Shown: piece by piece, positions 21,058-31,800 of the stretch | How the letters are laid out: every line of letters starts with the position of its first letter | Numbering within the stretch: position 1 is the stretch's first letter | Source: Nitrospirota bacterium | GTDB taxonomy: Bacteria > Nitrospirota > UBA9217 | NCBI GenBank assembly: GCA_963754875.1 | Contig: CAVWHO010000022.1 | Span: 128,001-192,000, forward strand | Direction of reading: 5' to 3' | Length of the DNA stretch: 64,000 bases | The notes under the pieces: generated by a model | Database searches by the model: none | Seen by the model: the letters and a program-made list of their open reading frames with translations, nothing else | What the model was told of the DNA's origin: nothing | Position numbers and translations under genes: made by a program

Positions 21058-22428
21058 ATGTATGAGCAGGACACTATATGCGCAGTATCTACGCCCCTGG
21101 GTGAGGGTGGGATCGGGCTCATCCGTGTGAGCGGTACGGACGCGATCACCATGGTAACGAATGTTTTCAGGCCGCACAAAAAGAATCTATTCCGATCCGC
21201 TGCCACGCATACTCTGCATTACGGCCACATCATTGATCCGGCGACCGGGCAAATCATTGACGAGACGCTTGTGACGATAATGCGCGCACCTGCAACATAT
21301 ACCCGTGAGGACATCGTGGAGATAAACTGCCACGGCGGCATGATGCCTCTCGCTCGGACCATGTCACTCCTTATCGCAGCCGGCGCGAGACAGGCGGAAC
21401 CGGGCGAGTTCACGAAACGGGCCTTTCTGAACGGCAGGTTAGACCTGGCCCAGGCAGAAGCCGTGATGGACATTATCAGCTCCAAGACCGATGTCGCACA
21501 CCGCGCCGCCAATGAGCAGCTCCTTGGCGGTCTTTCAAAGGAAATTGCGGAACTACGCGACAGGCTCGTATCGCTGCTCGCATCGATCGAAGCGGGCATC
21601 GACTTTCCAGAAGAAGACATCGAAACCGAGACCGGCCAATCACTTCAGAGTGAAGTTAGGCAAGTGCGGGCACAGGTGGACGATCTCCTGTCGAGCTACA
21701 CTTATGGAAAGATTCTTCGTGAAGGGTTTGCCACAGCAATCGTAGGCAGGCCCAATGTCGGCAAGTCTTCGTTGTTAAACGCATTCCTTAAGCAAGACCG
21801 GGCGATCGTTACCGAAGTACCGGGTACAACGCGGGACGTGCTCGAAGAATACGTAAATGTCATGGGTATTCCGCTCAGGATCCTTGACACTGCCGGCATC
21901 AGGCATTCACATGACGTGGTGGAACAGGAAGGAGTGCGTAGAAGCCTTAAAGCCATCGAATCCGCTGATTTGATACTTCTCGTTCTTGACGGATCGCAGT
22001 CGCTCACGCCCGAAGATGATCGGGTGATCGAGGAAATACGCGGAAAGAACGCTATCGCAGTCATCAACAAATCTGATTTACCGAGACAGCTCGGCGCAAC
22101 AGATTGGCCAAAAGTACACATAAACGTATCCTGCCGGACGAGGGATGGCTTCGAGGATCTCAGACGAGCGATAGCTGACATGGTCCGAAGCGGGGCGGTC
22201 GCACCAAAGGAGCATGCCTGGGCAGTAAACCAGCGGCACAAGACCGCGCTGGAACAGACTAAGACAAGCTTGGAAAAGACCCTGATATCGATCGAGGAAG
22301 ACCTTTCACTGGAGTTCATCGCCCTGGATCTGCGCGATGCCCTGGACAGCCTGGGGATAATTATCGGCGCGACGTACACGGACGACATTCTCGAACGGAT
22401 CTTCAGCGAATTCTGTATCGGAAAATAG
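21058..22428 (+). CDS. mnmE: tRNA modification GTPase MnmE
   Basis: GEFTKRAFLNGRLDL.QAEAV, GRPNVGKSSL, PGTTRD, C-terminal FCIGK. Confidence 0.98.
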   Translation: MYEQDTICAVSTPLGEGGIGLIRVSGTDAITMVTNVFRPHKKNLFRSAATHTLHYGHIIDPATGQIIDETLVTIMRAPATYTREDIVEINCHGGMMPLARTMSLLIAAGARQAEPGEFTKRAFLNGRLDLAQAEAVMDIISSKTDVAHRAANEQLLGGLSKEIAELRDRLVSLLASIEAGIDFPEEDIETETGQSLQSEVRQVRAQVDDLLSSYTYGKILREGFATAIVGRPNVGKSSLLNAFLKQDRAIVTEVPGTTRDVLEEYVNVMGIPLRILDTAGIRHSHDVVEQEGVRRSLKAIESADLILLVLDGSQSLTPEDDRVIEEIRGKNAIAVINKSDLPRQLGATDWPKVHINVSCRTRDGFEDLRRAIADMVRSGAVAPKEHAWAVNQRHKTALEQTKTSLEKTLISIEEDLSLEFIALDLRDALDSLGIIIGATYTDDILERIFSEFCIGK

Positions 22429-22584
22429 TATAACAATACGAATATTTGAAGTTTGCCACAGTCATGGCGGCCGAGAAGAGAAAATTCAAATGAGGATGAT
22501 GCCGGAAAATGAATTCCTGTTGCCTTTTCTTGAACTTCTTTCCGTGCCCCCGTGTCTCTATGGCAATGCTTCTGGAGTTGCCTG

Positions 22585-24462
22585 ATGTCTTTGGATAAAA
22601 AATACGACGTCATCGTCATCGGCGCAGGACACGCAGGTTGTGAAGCTGCGCTTGCTTCCGCGCGTATGGGCTGCGACACGCTCATGCTCACCATGAACCT
22701 GGACAGCATTGCTCTCATGTCCTGCAATCCCGCCATCGGCGGCCTTGCTAAAGGTCATCTGGTAAAGGAGATCGACGCACTTGGCGGCGAGATGGCGAAG
22801 ATCATCGACCGCACCGGCATCCAGTTCCGGATCTTGAACAGGAGCAAAGGGCCGGCAGTACACGGTACGAGAGCCCAGGCAGACAAGCAGCGGTACCGGC
22901 TCGCGATGAAAGAATCGGTAGAAAAACAACTGCGTCTTGATGTGAAGCAGGGGCTCGTTGAAAAGATTCTCGTGGAAGACAACACGATTACGGGAGTGGA
23001 AACGAACATCGGCGTTCTCTATCGTTCTTCAGCGGTGATCGTCACGACCGGAACGTTCCTGAAAGGGCTCATCCACATCGGGCTCGTTCATTATCCGTCA
23101 GGCAGGGCAGGGGAGTTTCCATCAAACGGACTTTCGGACAACCTCAGGGAGCTTGGATTCGAGCTCGGCAGGCTCAAGACCGGAACGCCTGCACGGTTAA
23201 ATGGAAGAACTATTGATTTTAAGAAAATGAAGATACAGCCTGGTGATGATCCGGCACCGTTTTTCTCTTTTTCTGAAAAAGAGCACGCACTCCCACAAGT
23301 ACCCTGTTATCTCTCTTATACGAATGGAGACACTCATAATATTATTCGCAATAATCTCAATCGCTCCCCACTTTATGCCGGAGTGATAAAAGGTGTTGGT
23401 CCGCGGTATTGTCCGTCGATTGAAGATAAGGTGATGCGTTTTTCTGATCGGGAGCGGCACCAAGTGTTTCTTGAGCCGGAGGGGCTTGACACCGAAGAGT
23501 ACTATGCAAATGGCCTGTCCACGAGCTTGCCTTACGATGTCCAGACAGAGATATACCGCTCGATCCCGGGACTCGAAGATGTCGAGATCATGCGTCCTGC
23601 TTATGCTATTGAGTATGACTTCGCGCCGCCTACGCAGATCCGGCACGCGCTCGAAACAAAAAAAATCTCCGGCCTCTACTTCGCAGGGCAGATCAACGGG
23701 ACCTCGGGGTATGAGGAAGCAGCAGCACAGGGCCTCATGGCCGGGATCAATGCTGCGCTGAAAATTCAGAAGCGGGAACCGCTCATTCTCTCGCGCTCCG
23801 AGGCATATATTGGAGTGCTGATCGATGACCTGGTAACACGAGGAACGAGCGAGCCCTATCGCATGTTCACGTCACGGGCAGAGTACCGGCTCATCCTGCG
23901 CGAGGACAATGCGGACATCCGACTCCGACAGAAGGGACGGGGCATCGGACTCGTATCAGAGGACGCCTATCGGCAATTTCTCGAAAAGAGAGAGAGCATT
24001 GCTGGCGAGGTCCATCGGCTCAAGAAAGTCTGGATCAAGCAAACGCCGGAAGTAGATGCGTTGCTCATCGAACGTGGATCGACAACGCTTTCGGGAGAGG
24101 CTTCGCTCGAGCAGCTTTTAAAGCGGCCCGAAATTGAGTATGGTGACATAGTAAAAATCAGCCCTCCCGAGGAACCGCTCAAAAGCGACGCAGCCGAGCA
24201 AGTCGAAATCCAGGTAAAGTACGAAGGCTATATCCAGCGTCAATTGCAGCAAGTTGACCGTTTTGCCGCGCTCGAACACAAAGACCTCCCCACAGACATG
24301 GACTACGATGCTGTCATCGGGCTCGGCAGCGAGGTGAAACAAAAGCTGAAGCAAGTTCGGCCGATCTCCCTCGGCCAGGCATCGCGCATATCCGGTGTGA
24401 CGCCGGCGGCGATCTCTCTCCTCATGGTTGCCCTCGAAAAAAAGAAGCGGGGAAAGGCATAG
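22585..24462 (+). CDS. mnmG: tRNA uridine 5-carboxymethylaminomethyl modification enzyme MnmG (GidA)
   Basis: GAGHAGCEAA, SCNPAIGG, GPRYCPSIEDK, AGQINGTSGYEEAAAQG. Confidence 0.98.
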   Translation: MSLDKKYDVIVIGAGHAGCEAALASARMGCDTLMLTMNLDSIALMSCNPAIGGLAKGHLVKEIDALGGEMAKIIDRTGIQFRILNRSKGPAVHGTRAQADKQRYRLAMKESVEKQLRLDVKQGLVEKILVEDNTITGVETNIGVLYRSSAVIVTTGTFLKGLIHIGLVHYPSGRAGEFPSNGLSDNLRELGFELGRLKTGTPARLNGRTIDFKKMKIQPGDDPAPFFSFSEKEHALPQVPCYLSYTNGDTHNIIRNNLNRSPLYAGVIKGVGPRYCPSIEDKVMRFSDRERHQVFLEPEGLDTEEYYANGLSTSLPYDVQTEIYRSIPGLEDVEIMRPAYAIEYDFAPPTQIRHALETKKISGLYFAGQINGTSGYEEAAAQGLMAGINAALKIQKREPLILSRSEAYIGVLIDDLVTRGTSEPYRMFTSRAEYRLILREDNADIRLRQKGRGIGLVSEDAYRQFLEKRESIAGEVHRLKKVWIKQTPEVDALLIERGSTTLSGEASLEQLLKRPEIEYGDIVKISPPEEPLKSDAAEQVEIQVKYEGYIQRQLQQVDRFAALEHKDLPTDMDYDAVIGLGSEVKQKLKQVRPISLGQASRISGVTPAAISLLMVALEKKKRGKA

Positions 24463-24528
24463 GAGTGGGGATATCGGATTGCGTATTCGGATTGTGAGAC
24501 TTCTAATCTTCACGAACGAGGAGACGAC

Positions 24529-25176
24529 GTGACTCCGAGAGAACTGCTTACTTCCGGTGCAGCAGAACTTGGCTTCGCTCTTTCAACGGAGCAGGCCAAC
24601 TCGATATTCATTTTTTTGACCGAGCTCAAAAAATGGAACCAAAAGATCAATCTTACCGCCATACGGGATGAACGCGATATCGTGATCAAGCATGTTCTTG
24701 ATTCTCTTTCTTATATAAAAGGCTTTTCGCCTTCGATCGGGCTCAAGCTTCTGGATATGGGGTCAGGCGCCGGCTTTCCCGCAATTCCGATCAAACTCGT
24801 GCGGCCGGAGATCACGGTCACTATGGTGGAATCGGTCAAAAAGAAAGCCTCATTCCTGAGACACATCATAAGAACATTGAAGCTTACTGGAATCGAGGTC
24901 CAGGACAAAAGAACCGATGAGCTCCCCGATTCATTTCATAGTTCGTATGATGCAGTTACTGCCCGGGCCTTTGCCGACATGAACATGGCCATTGCTGCGG
25001 GCCTGCCATTTCTTAAACAGGGGGGCCTCATGGTCCTGAGTCGGGGGCCCGAGGAGAATATCGATAGGCAGCAGCTGGCAAAGTACGGGATCGAACAGGA
25101 GAAAAGGATCGATCTCATGCTCCCGTTTTCGGATTATAAGAGGGCGATCTGGATATTGAAACGTGCAATATTATGA
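24529..25176 (+). CDS. rsmG: 16S rRNA m7G527 methyltransferase RsmG (GidB)
   Basis: WNQKINLTA, HVLDSL, DMGSGAGFP, TARA; position after mnmG. Confidence 0.95.
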   Translation: MTPRELLTSGAAELGFALSTEQANSIFIFLTELKKWNQKINLTAIRDERDIVIKHVLDSLSYIKGFSPSIGLKLLDMGSGAGFPAIPIKLVRPEITVTMVESVKKKASFLRHIIRTLKLTGIEVQDKRTDELPDSFHSSYDAVTARAFADMNMAIAAGLPFLKQGGLMVLSRGPEENIDRQQLAKYGIEQEKRIDLMLPFSDYKRAIWILKRAIL

Positions 25177-25192
25177 TGTTCCACGTGGAACA
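25177..25192. promoter_or_regulatory. parS centromere site 1
   Basis: TGTTCCACGTGGAACA, a perfect match to the bacterial parS consensus, inside a 20-bp palindrome. Confidence 0.95.
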
Positions 25193-25324
25193 TCGGGTTG
25201 GGGATTTGAAAATATCATATGTCTCCAGGGGGATACTAAGTCACCGAGAAAACCACTGATGCGGTTTTTTTCAGCTGGTTTTGCATCTATTTACACTTTA
25301 AGGTAAGAGAACTAATAATTAATT

Positions 25325-26392
25325 ATGTTAGAACAGGCACTTAAGATACCGATCGAGTGGCGGGAACTGGCGGAAGAGATCTATGACCAGCAGGGACCGG
25401 TTCTCGTGTTGGGAGCTCAGGGATCAGGAAAGACCACGTTCTGTCTCTATTTTACCGGTCTCCTTTGCCGCCGCAACAAGCGGGTCGCATGGATCGACGT
25501 CGATCCTGGCCAGCCATTCATAGGGCCACCAAGTACCATCTCGCTCACGCTATATGCTGAAGCATCCGACCTCCTCAGGCGAAAGAACCCCATGATCATG
25601 AGCTTTATCGGGAATACATCGCCGGTTGGCCGCTTGCTCGAAATGATCTCTGGACTTCAAAAGCTGATAGCTCAGGCACAAGCACAAAAACCCGACCTGA
25701 TCCTTATCAATACCTGCGGTCTTGTGAACGGCGGGGCAGCACGTGAACTTAAGTACCATGAGATCGATATGATCTCGCCCCAGCACGTCATTGCACTGCA
25801 GCAGGGTACCGAGGTCGAACATCTTCTTGCGCCCCATTCCCATCGTGCCGGTTTATTGATCCACCGCATCCCCTTATCTCCCGATGCCCGGGTCTCGACT
25901 GCTGAGGCGAGGCGCTCATTCCGCGAGCAACGGTTCAAGGAGTATTTCCGCGGCGCGGATTTCCAGGAAATCGCTCTCCATGACGTGGGTGTGCACGGAC
26001 CCGGCCTGGGAACCGGAGAACGGCTCGGATTTCGGGATGTTAACAAGCTTTCTAAGATTCTCCAGGCAATAGTGGTCCATGCCGAGCTTTCTGCTGACCG
26101 CATCTTTGTCATCGTAGAAGGAGAGTATGCAGAATCCGAACTCTTTACTGCTAAAGAGCAGTATGGTGTACGCGAAGTCATGGTTCTGAAACGGTCTGAA
26201 CTGGACCACCTGATCGTCGGGCTTAATGACGACCAGAACCTTTGCCTTGGTCTCGGGATCCTCCGCACCATTGACCTTAAGGAACTGACCCTCAGGGTGA
26301 TTACTCCCTTAAAAGATGTTTCGGCTGTCCGTCATTTATCTCTCGGTTCCCTCCGGGTAAGCCCGGCAGGCGGGGAGCTTGGACAAGTTTAG
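25325..26392 (+). CDS. Clp1/Grc3/NOL9-family polynucleotide 5'-hydroxyl kinase
   Basis: Walker A GAQGSGKTT, DVDPGQ...GPP, INTCG Walker B region, RRSFREQRFKEYF lid motif. Confidence 0.85.
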   Translation: MLEQALKIPIEWRELAEEIYDQQGPVLVLGAQGSGKTTFCLYFTGLLCRRNKRVAWIDVDPGQPFIGPPSTISLTLYAEASDLLRRKNPMIMSFIGNTSPVGRLLEMISGLQKLIAQAQAQKPDLILINTCGLVNGGAARELKYHEIDMISPQHVIALQQGTEVEHLLAPHSHRAGLLIHRIPLSPDARVSTAEARRSFREQRFKEYFRGADFQEIALHDVGVHGPGLGTGERLGFRDVNKLSKILQAIVVHAELSADRIFVIVEGEYAESELFTAKEQYGVREVMVLKRSELDHLIVGLNDDQNLCLGLGILRTIDLKELTLRVITPLKDVSAVRHLSLGSLRVSPAGGELGQV

Positions 26393-26396
26393 TTCA

Positions 26397-26412
26397 CGTT
26401 CCACGTGGAACA
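26397..26412. promoter_or_regulatory. parS centromere site 2
   Basis: CGTTCCACGTGGAACA (15/16 match) within the extended palindrome GTTCACGTTCCACGTGGAACATGAAC. Confidence 0.9.
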
Positions 26413-26555
26413 TGAACCTGGGATCGGGATGCCGCATATCGGAGCGGTGACCGAGGTTCCTCGGCCATTAACCATGTTTTCCCTTCCTTTTATTATTACC
26501 TTATGGTAAAGTATTCCGGTTCTCAACCGGCAGCGTCGGAGGGCGGAAAGAAATA

Positions 26556-27332
26556 ATGGGCAGGGTCATTGCAATCGCTAACCAAAAGGGCGGGGTGGGT
26601 AAAACCACGACAACCGTGAACATTGCCGCCTCGCTTGCCGCAGCGGAAAAGAAGGTGCTTCTTATCGACTCCGACCCCCAGGGCAACTCAACCAGCGGCA
26701 TGGGTATTGACCGGAATGATATCAATGGAAGCACCTATGATCTGTTTACCGGGAAGAAATCGCTCAAGGACATAAAAAAATCGACCCATTTCCCCTGGCT
26801 CGATGTGGTTCCGGCAAAAATCGATCTCGTCGGCGTTGAGGTGGAACTCATCCAGATGATCGCCCGCGAGCGCGTATTGAAAAAGGCACTCGTAACGGCA
26901 AAGGACGATTACGATTACATCTTCATTGACTGCCCGCCGTCGCTCGGCCTCCTTACGGTGAATGCGCTCACTGCAGCCGACGGAGTAATCATCCCGGTGC
27001 AATGCGAGTATTACGCGCTCGAAGGTCTCTCGGCGCTCATGAACACAATTAAACTGATCAAGCAGGACCTGAATCCCGAACTTGCCATTGAAGGCGTGCT
27101 CCTCACCATGTACGACAGCAGGAACAACCTGGCCGACCAGGTCGCACGTGAAGTGCGAAAATATTTCGGAAACAAAGTATACACTACCATTATTCACCGG
27201 AACGTTGCCCTCTCCGAAGCGCCGAGCCACGGCAAGCCGGTGCTGCTCTATGACATCCGCTCCCGCGGAGCGCAAAGCTACCTGGAACTTGCGAAGGAGG
27301 TCATCAGTAATGCAAAAACAGGCGCTCGGTAA
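26556..27332 (+). CDS. parA: Chromosome partitioning ATPase ParA/Soj
   Basis: [40 protein letters not shown]. Confidence 0.97.
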   Translation: MGRVIAIANQKGGVGKTTTTVNIAASLAAAEKKVLLIDSDPQGNSTSGMGIDRNDINGSTYDLFTGKKSLKDIKKSTHFPWLDVVPAKIDLVGVEVELIQMIARERVLKKALVTAKDDYDYIFIDCPPSLGLLTVNALTAADGVIIPVQCEYYALEGLSALMNTIKLIKQDLNPELAIEGVLLTMYDSRNNLADQVAREVRKYFGNKVYTTIIHRNVALSEAPSHGKPVLLYDIRSRGAQSYLELAKEVISNAKTGAR

Positions 27333-28156
27333 AGGTCTCGGCGCGCTCATTCCCGATTTGTCCGCACTCGATGACAACGAGAAGAAAGCGCTCGGAATCC
27401 TTGAGCTCGCTCTGGACAAGATCGTCCCGAACGAGTATCAGCCGCGCAAGATCTTCAACGATGATAAGCTGCAGGAGCTTGCCGCTTCGATCAAAGAGCA
27501 GGGTGTGATCCAGCCCATCATCGTGCATCGGGCAGGCAGCGGCTTCCAATTGATTGCCGGAGAACGGCGGTGGCGCGCATCGCGTCTCGCCGGGCTGAAG
27601 ACCATCCCCGCACTTGTAAAAGAAGCGACCAAGCGCGAGCTCCTCGAAATGGCGCTGATAGAAAACATCCAGCGCGAAGACCTGAACCCTCTCGAAGCAG
27701 CCGAGGCGTACAAGCGGTTGCAGGACGAGTTTAAGCTGACCCAGGAAGATCTTGCCAAGCGGGTCGGAAAAGAACGCTCGACCGTCACGAACTTTCTTCG
27801 CCTGCTCGGTCTGCCGAAAGAGGTCAAGCATGATCTCGCGACCGGCACCCTGAGTATGGGCCATGCCAAGGCACTATTGTCCCTCGACCGTGTACGCGAC
27901 CAGCTCCAGGTATCAGCTTTGATCGTGAAAAAGGGTCTCTCGGTGCGAGAGTCCGAAGGTGCTCGCCTCGCGGCTCAAGAACCCGCCGAAAGAGAGGAAA
28001 GCGCGGCAGCACCAGGAGCTGAAAGCGGTGGAAGAAAAACTCAGGAAAGCGCTCGGCACCAAGGTAAGCATCACGTCAAAATCGAAGGGCGGCAGGATCG
28101 TGATTGAGTACTACTCTCCGGAGGAGTTGGACCGGATCCTAGAGAAAATCGGATAA
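27310..28156 (+). CDS. parB: Chromosome partitioning protein ParB/Spo0J, with an apparent 1-nt frameshift near 27958
   Basis: [34 protein letters not shown]; the C-terminal domain (LGTKVSI...GRIVIEYYS) continues in a different frame. Confidence 0.92.
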
Positions 28157-28287
28157 ACAATCAACTCATTCACAATAAATACACAAAGGAACGATCTCGA
28201 TATAAAGATACAGACTCGATGAGTGCTTTGTATCTTGGTGACGTCGTGGTTAAAGCATTTTGAGTTTTTTTCGAGGAGGATGTACTC

Positions 28288-28683
28288 ATGTTAAAGAAAG
28301 GTTCAGGATCGCCGGAACAGTCTGAGATCACAGCGTTCCTCGGTAAGGGCACAGAGTTCAAGGGTGTGCTCAGTTTCGAAGGCACTATCCGCGTTGACGG
28401 CAAAGTTGAAGGGGAGGTCGTCTCAAAAGACACTTTGATCGTCGGTGACGGCGCGCTACTGCAGGGCGAGATCACCGTCGGAACGCTCATATCGAGCGGC
28501 AAGGTCGTTGGTAATATCAACGCGGCCCAGAAAGTGCATGTCATTGCTCCCGCCAGAATCGAGGGCAACATCAAGACGCCCAAGCTCATCATCGAAGAGG
28601 GTGTGACCTTTAACGGAAAGTGCGAAATGCCGGGTGAGGCGAAGGGCCTTGAACAGAAGGTCGTATCGCTGACGGACCGGTAA
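28288..28683 (+). CDS. Bactofilin (polymer-forming cytoskeletal protein)
   Basis: Beta-helix repeats LGKGTEFKG...IRVDGKVEG...IEEGVTFNGKC. Confidence 0.92.
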   Translation: MLKKGSGSPEQSEITAFLGKGTEFKGVLSFEGTIRVDGKVEGEVVSKDTLIVGDGALLQGEITVGTLISSGKVVGNINAAQKVHVIAPARIEGNIKTPKLIIEEGVTFNGKCEMPGEAKGLEQKVVSLTDR

Positions 28684-28855
28684 CCCTATCGAATATTCAT
28701 CGAGCTTGAAAAAAACGACACCAGTGTAACGGGAAGGGAAGGGGCAAAAGAAGCACCCGCCCTCTGATTCATTCGCCCTTTCTGCGCCTTCTCATGTTCT
28801 CCCTATCTCCTGTTTTTCGCCGCCGGAATCACAGGAACACACTAACGAGACAACT

Positions 28856-31800
28856 ATGGTCCTCTTTCACCTCTATCGCACGCCGGCGCTCTCGACCTAC
28901 CAGGCCGCCGGCCTGCTCGTGACAGCGCAGCAGAAGGTCTCTCCCGTTGTCAGCGCAATCGAGACCGAATTCTGTTTCAATGTCGCTGCCGACAGCCCCC
29001 TGACAAACGACGAGATGCGCTTGCTGCGCTGGCTTCTCGCCGAGACCTTCGAGCCCGGCAATTTCTCGGACAAGACGTTTCTTAATCCGCAGTCCGCAAT
29101 CTCCGATCCGCAATTGACTCTTGAAGTCGGTCCCCGCATGAACTTCACGACGGCATGGTCCACGAACGCGGTCTCGGTTTGCCATGCCTGCGGGCTGAAG
29201 AAAATTTCGCGGATCGAGCGGTCGCGACGATACCGTCTTTCGCTCGCCGCGAATGCTTCGCTGGCAAAGGACCAGGAGATCGCATTCCTCGCTCTAGTTC
29301 ACGACCGCATGACCGAGTGTCCCTATCCTGAGCCGCTCAGGACCTTCGAAACCGGGATGGCGCCCGAACCGGTGCGTATCGTACCCCTTATGGAGCAGGG
29401 AAGACCTGCGCTTGAAAAAATCAACCGGGAGATGGGCCTTGGACTTGATGACTGGGACCTTGATTATTACACAAACCTCTTCATAAAAGAAATCAAGCGC
29501 AACCCGACGAACGTGGAATGCTTCGACCTTTCGCAGTCGAACAGCGAACACTCCCGCCACTGGTTCTTCCGCGGCAAGCTCATCGTGGACAACAAGGAAG
29601 CCCCCGAGACCTTGATGAAGATCGTCAAGGCGACCTACGAAGCGAACCGGAACAACAGCGTCATCGCCTTCAGCGATAATTCGAGTGCAATAACAGGCTA
29701 CGATATCACGACCATCATTCCCGAGGTCGTCGGCAAACCTTCGGCGTTCCGCGAAACGAAGCGGAAATATCATATCATCCTTACTGCAGAAACGCACAAT
29801 TTCCCCTCAGGCGTTGCACCCTTCCCCGGTGCCGAGACCGGCACCGGCGGCCGCATCCGCGACGTTCAGGCGACCGGCACCGGCGGGCTCGTGGTCGCAG
29901 GCACTGCGGCCTACTGCGTGGGCAACCTCCGCATCCCCGGATACGCACTCCCGTGGGAGGACGCGTCCTATGCATATCCAAATAATCTCGCTTCTCCGCT
30001 CCAGATCGAGGTCGAGGCGAGCAACGGCGCCTCGGACTACGGCAACAAGTTCGGCGAGCCGGTCATTCAAGGCTTCACGCGCTCCTTCGGCCTTCGGCTT
30101 CCTGATAATGAACGGCGGGAGTGGCTCAAACCGATCATGTTCTCCGCCGGCATCGGCCAGATGGATTCGCTCCATACCGCGAAGACCGCAGCCCAAAAAG
30201 GAATGCTCGTGGTCAAGGTCGGCGGCCCGGCCTACCGCATCGGCATGGGCGGCGGCGCTGCTTCTTCCATGATCCAGGGCGAAAACATCGCAGAGCTTGA
30301 CTTTAACGCGGTGCAGCGCGGCGATGCCGAGATGGAGCAGAAGCTGAACCGCGTGATACGCGCCTGCGTCGAGCTCGGGGAGCAAAACCCGATCCAGAGC
30401 ATTCACGACCAGGGTGCGGGCGGAAACTGCAATGTCGTCAAAGAAATCGTACACCCTGCGGGCGCAAAGATCGACATTCGACGGATCCAGGTCGGGGACA
30501 ACACGCTCTCGGCCCTCAAGATCTGGGGCGCCGAGTACCAGGAACAGAACGCCCTCCTCTTAAAACCGGAGCATCAAGGCCTGTTCAGATCGCTGTGCGA
30601 GCGCGAGAAGGTGCCCTTGGCCGTGATCGGCACGGTGACCGGCGAAGGTTACATTGTACTCTACGATGAATTCGACAACTCGACGCCGGAGAACCTGGAA
30701 CTCACCAAAGTTCTCGGCGACATGCCGCAAAAGGTTTTCAAGCTTGACCGGAAGAAGACCTCGCTCAAACCGCTCGAGCTTCCGAAAGACCTCACGGTAC
30801 GGCAGGCTCTAGACCGCGTGTTGCGTCTTGTCTCGGTGGGGTCCAAGCGCTTTCTCACGAACAAGGTCGACCGGTCCGTAACGGGCCTCATCGCCCGCCA
30901 GCAGTGTGCAGGCCCCTTGCAGCTTACTGTGTCCGATGTTGCTGTGATCGCACAGTCCCACTTCGGCTTGACCGGGGCAGCCTGCGCCATCGGCGAACAG
31001 CCCGTCAAAGAACTGATCGACCCTGCTGCCATGGCCAGGATGAGCGTCGGCGAGGCGCTCACGAACATTGTCTGGGCGCAGGTCTCCTCTCTCGGCGACA
31101 TCCGCTGCTCGGCAAACTGGATGTGGGCCCCGAAACTGCCGGGCGAAGGTTCCCGCTTATACGATGCCGCCGTTGCCATGCGCGACGTCATGATCGAGTT
31201 CGGCATGGCAGTTGACGGGGGCAAGGACAGCCTGTCCATGGCCGCCAAAGTTACGAACGCCGACGGAACGAGTGAAACCGTGAAGTCTCCGGGAACGCTT
31301 GTCATCTCCGCCTACGTCACCTGCCCGGACATCACCAAGACGGTGACGCCGGACCTCAAGGCACCGGGCAAGAGCAAGCTTCTCTCCATCGACCTCGGCT
31401 CCGGACAAAATCGGCTCGGCGGCTCGGCGCTCGCACAGGTCTTCGGCCAGGTGGGAGATACATCCCCTGACCTTGATGATCCCCAGCTCCTGACGAGAAC
31501 GTTTACCGCCATGCAGAACCTTGTCGCAGACAGGCTCATTCTTGCCGGCCATGACCGTTCCGATGGGGGCCTCGTAACGACGCTGCTCGAAATGGCCTTC
31601 GCCGGAAACTGCGGCATCGAGATCGACCTCGGAAAACAGAACGACGCTCTGGCCGCGCTCTTCTCCGAGGAGCTCGGGCTTGTGATCGAATATCTCCCGG
31701 CTGAAGAAGCAACGATCTTCTCCGTACTCGATAAAGCCGCGGTCCCGTTCCGGGTGATCGGCAGGACAACGCTTGAGAAGCGAATAGTCTGTTCACTCAA

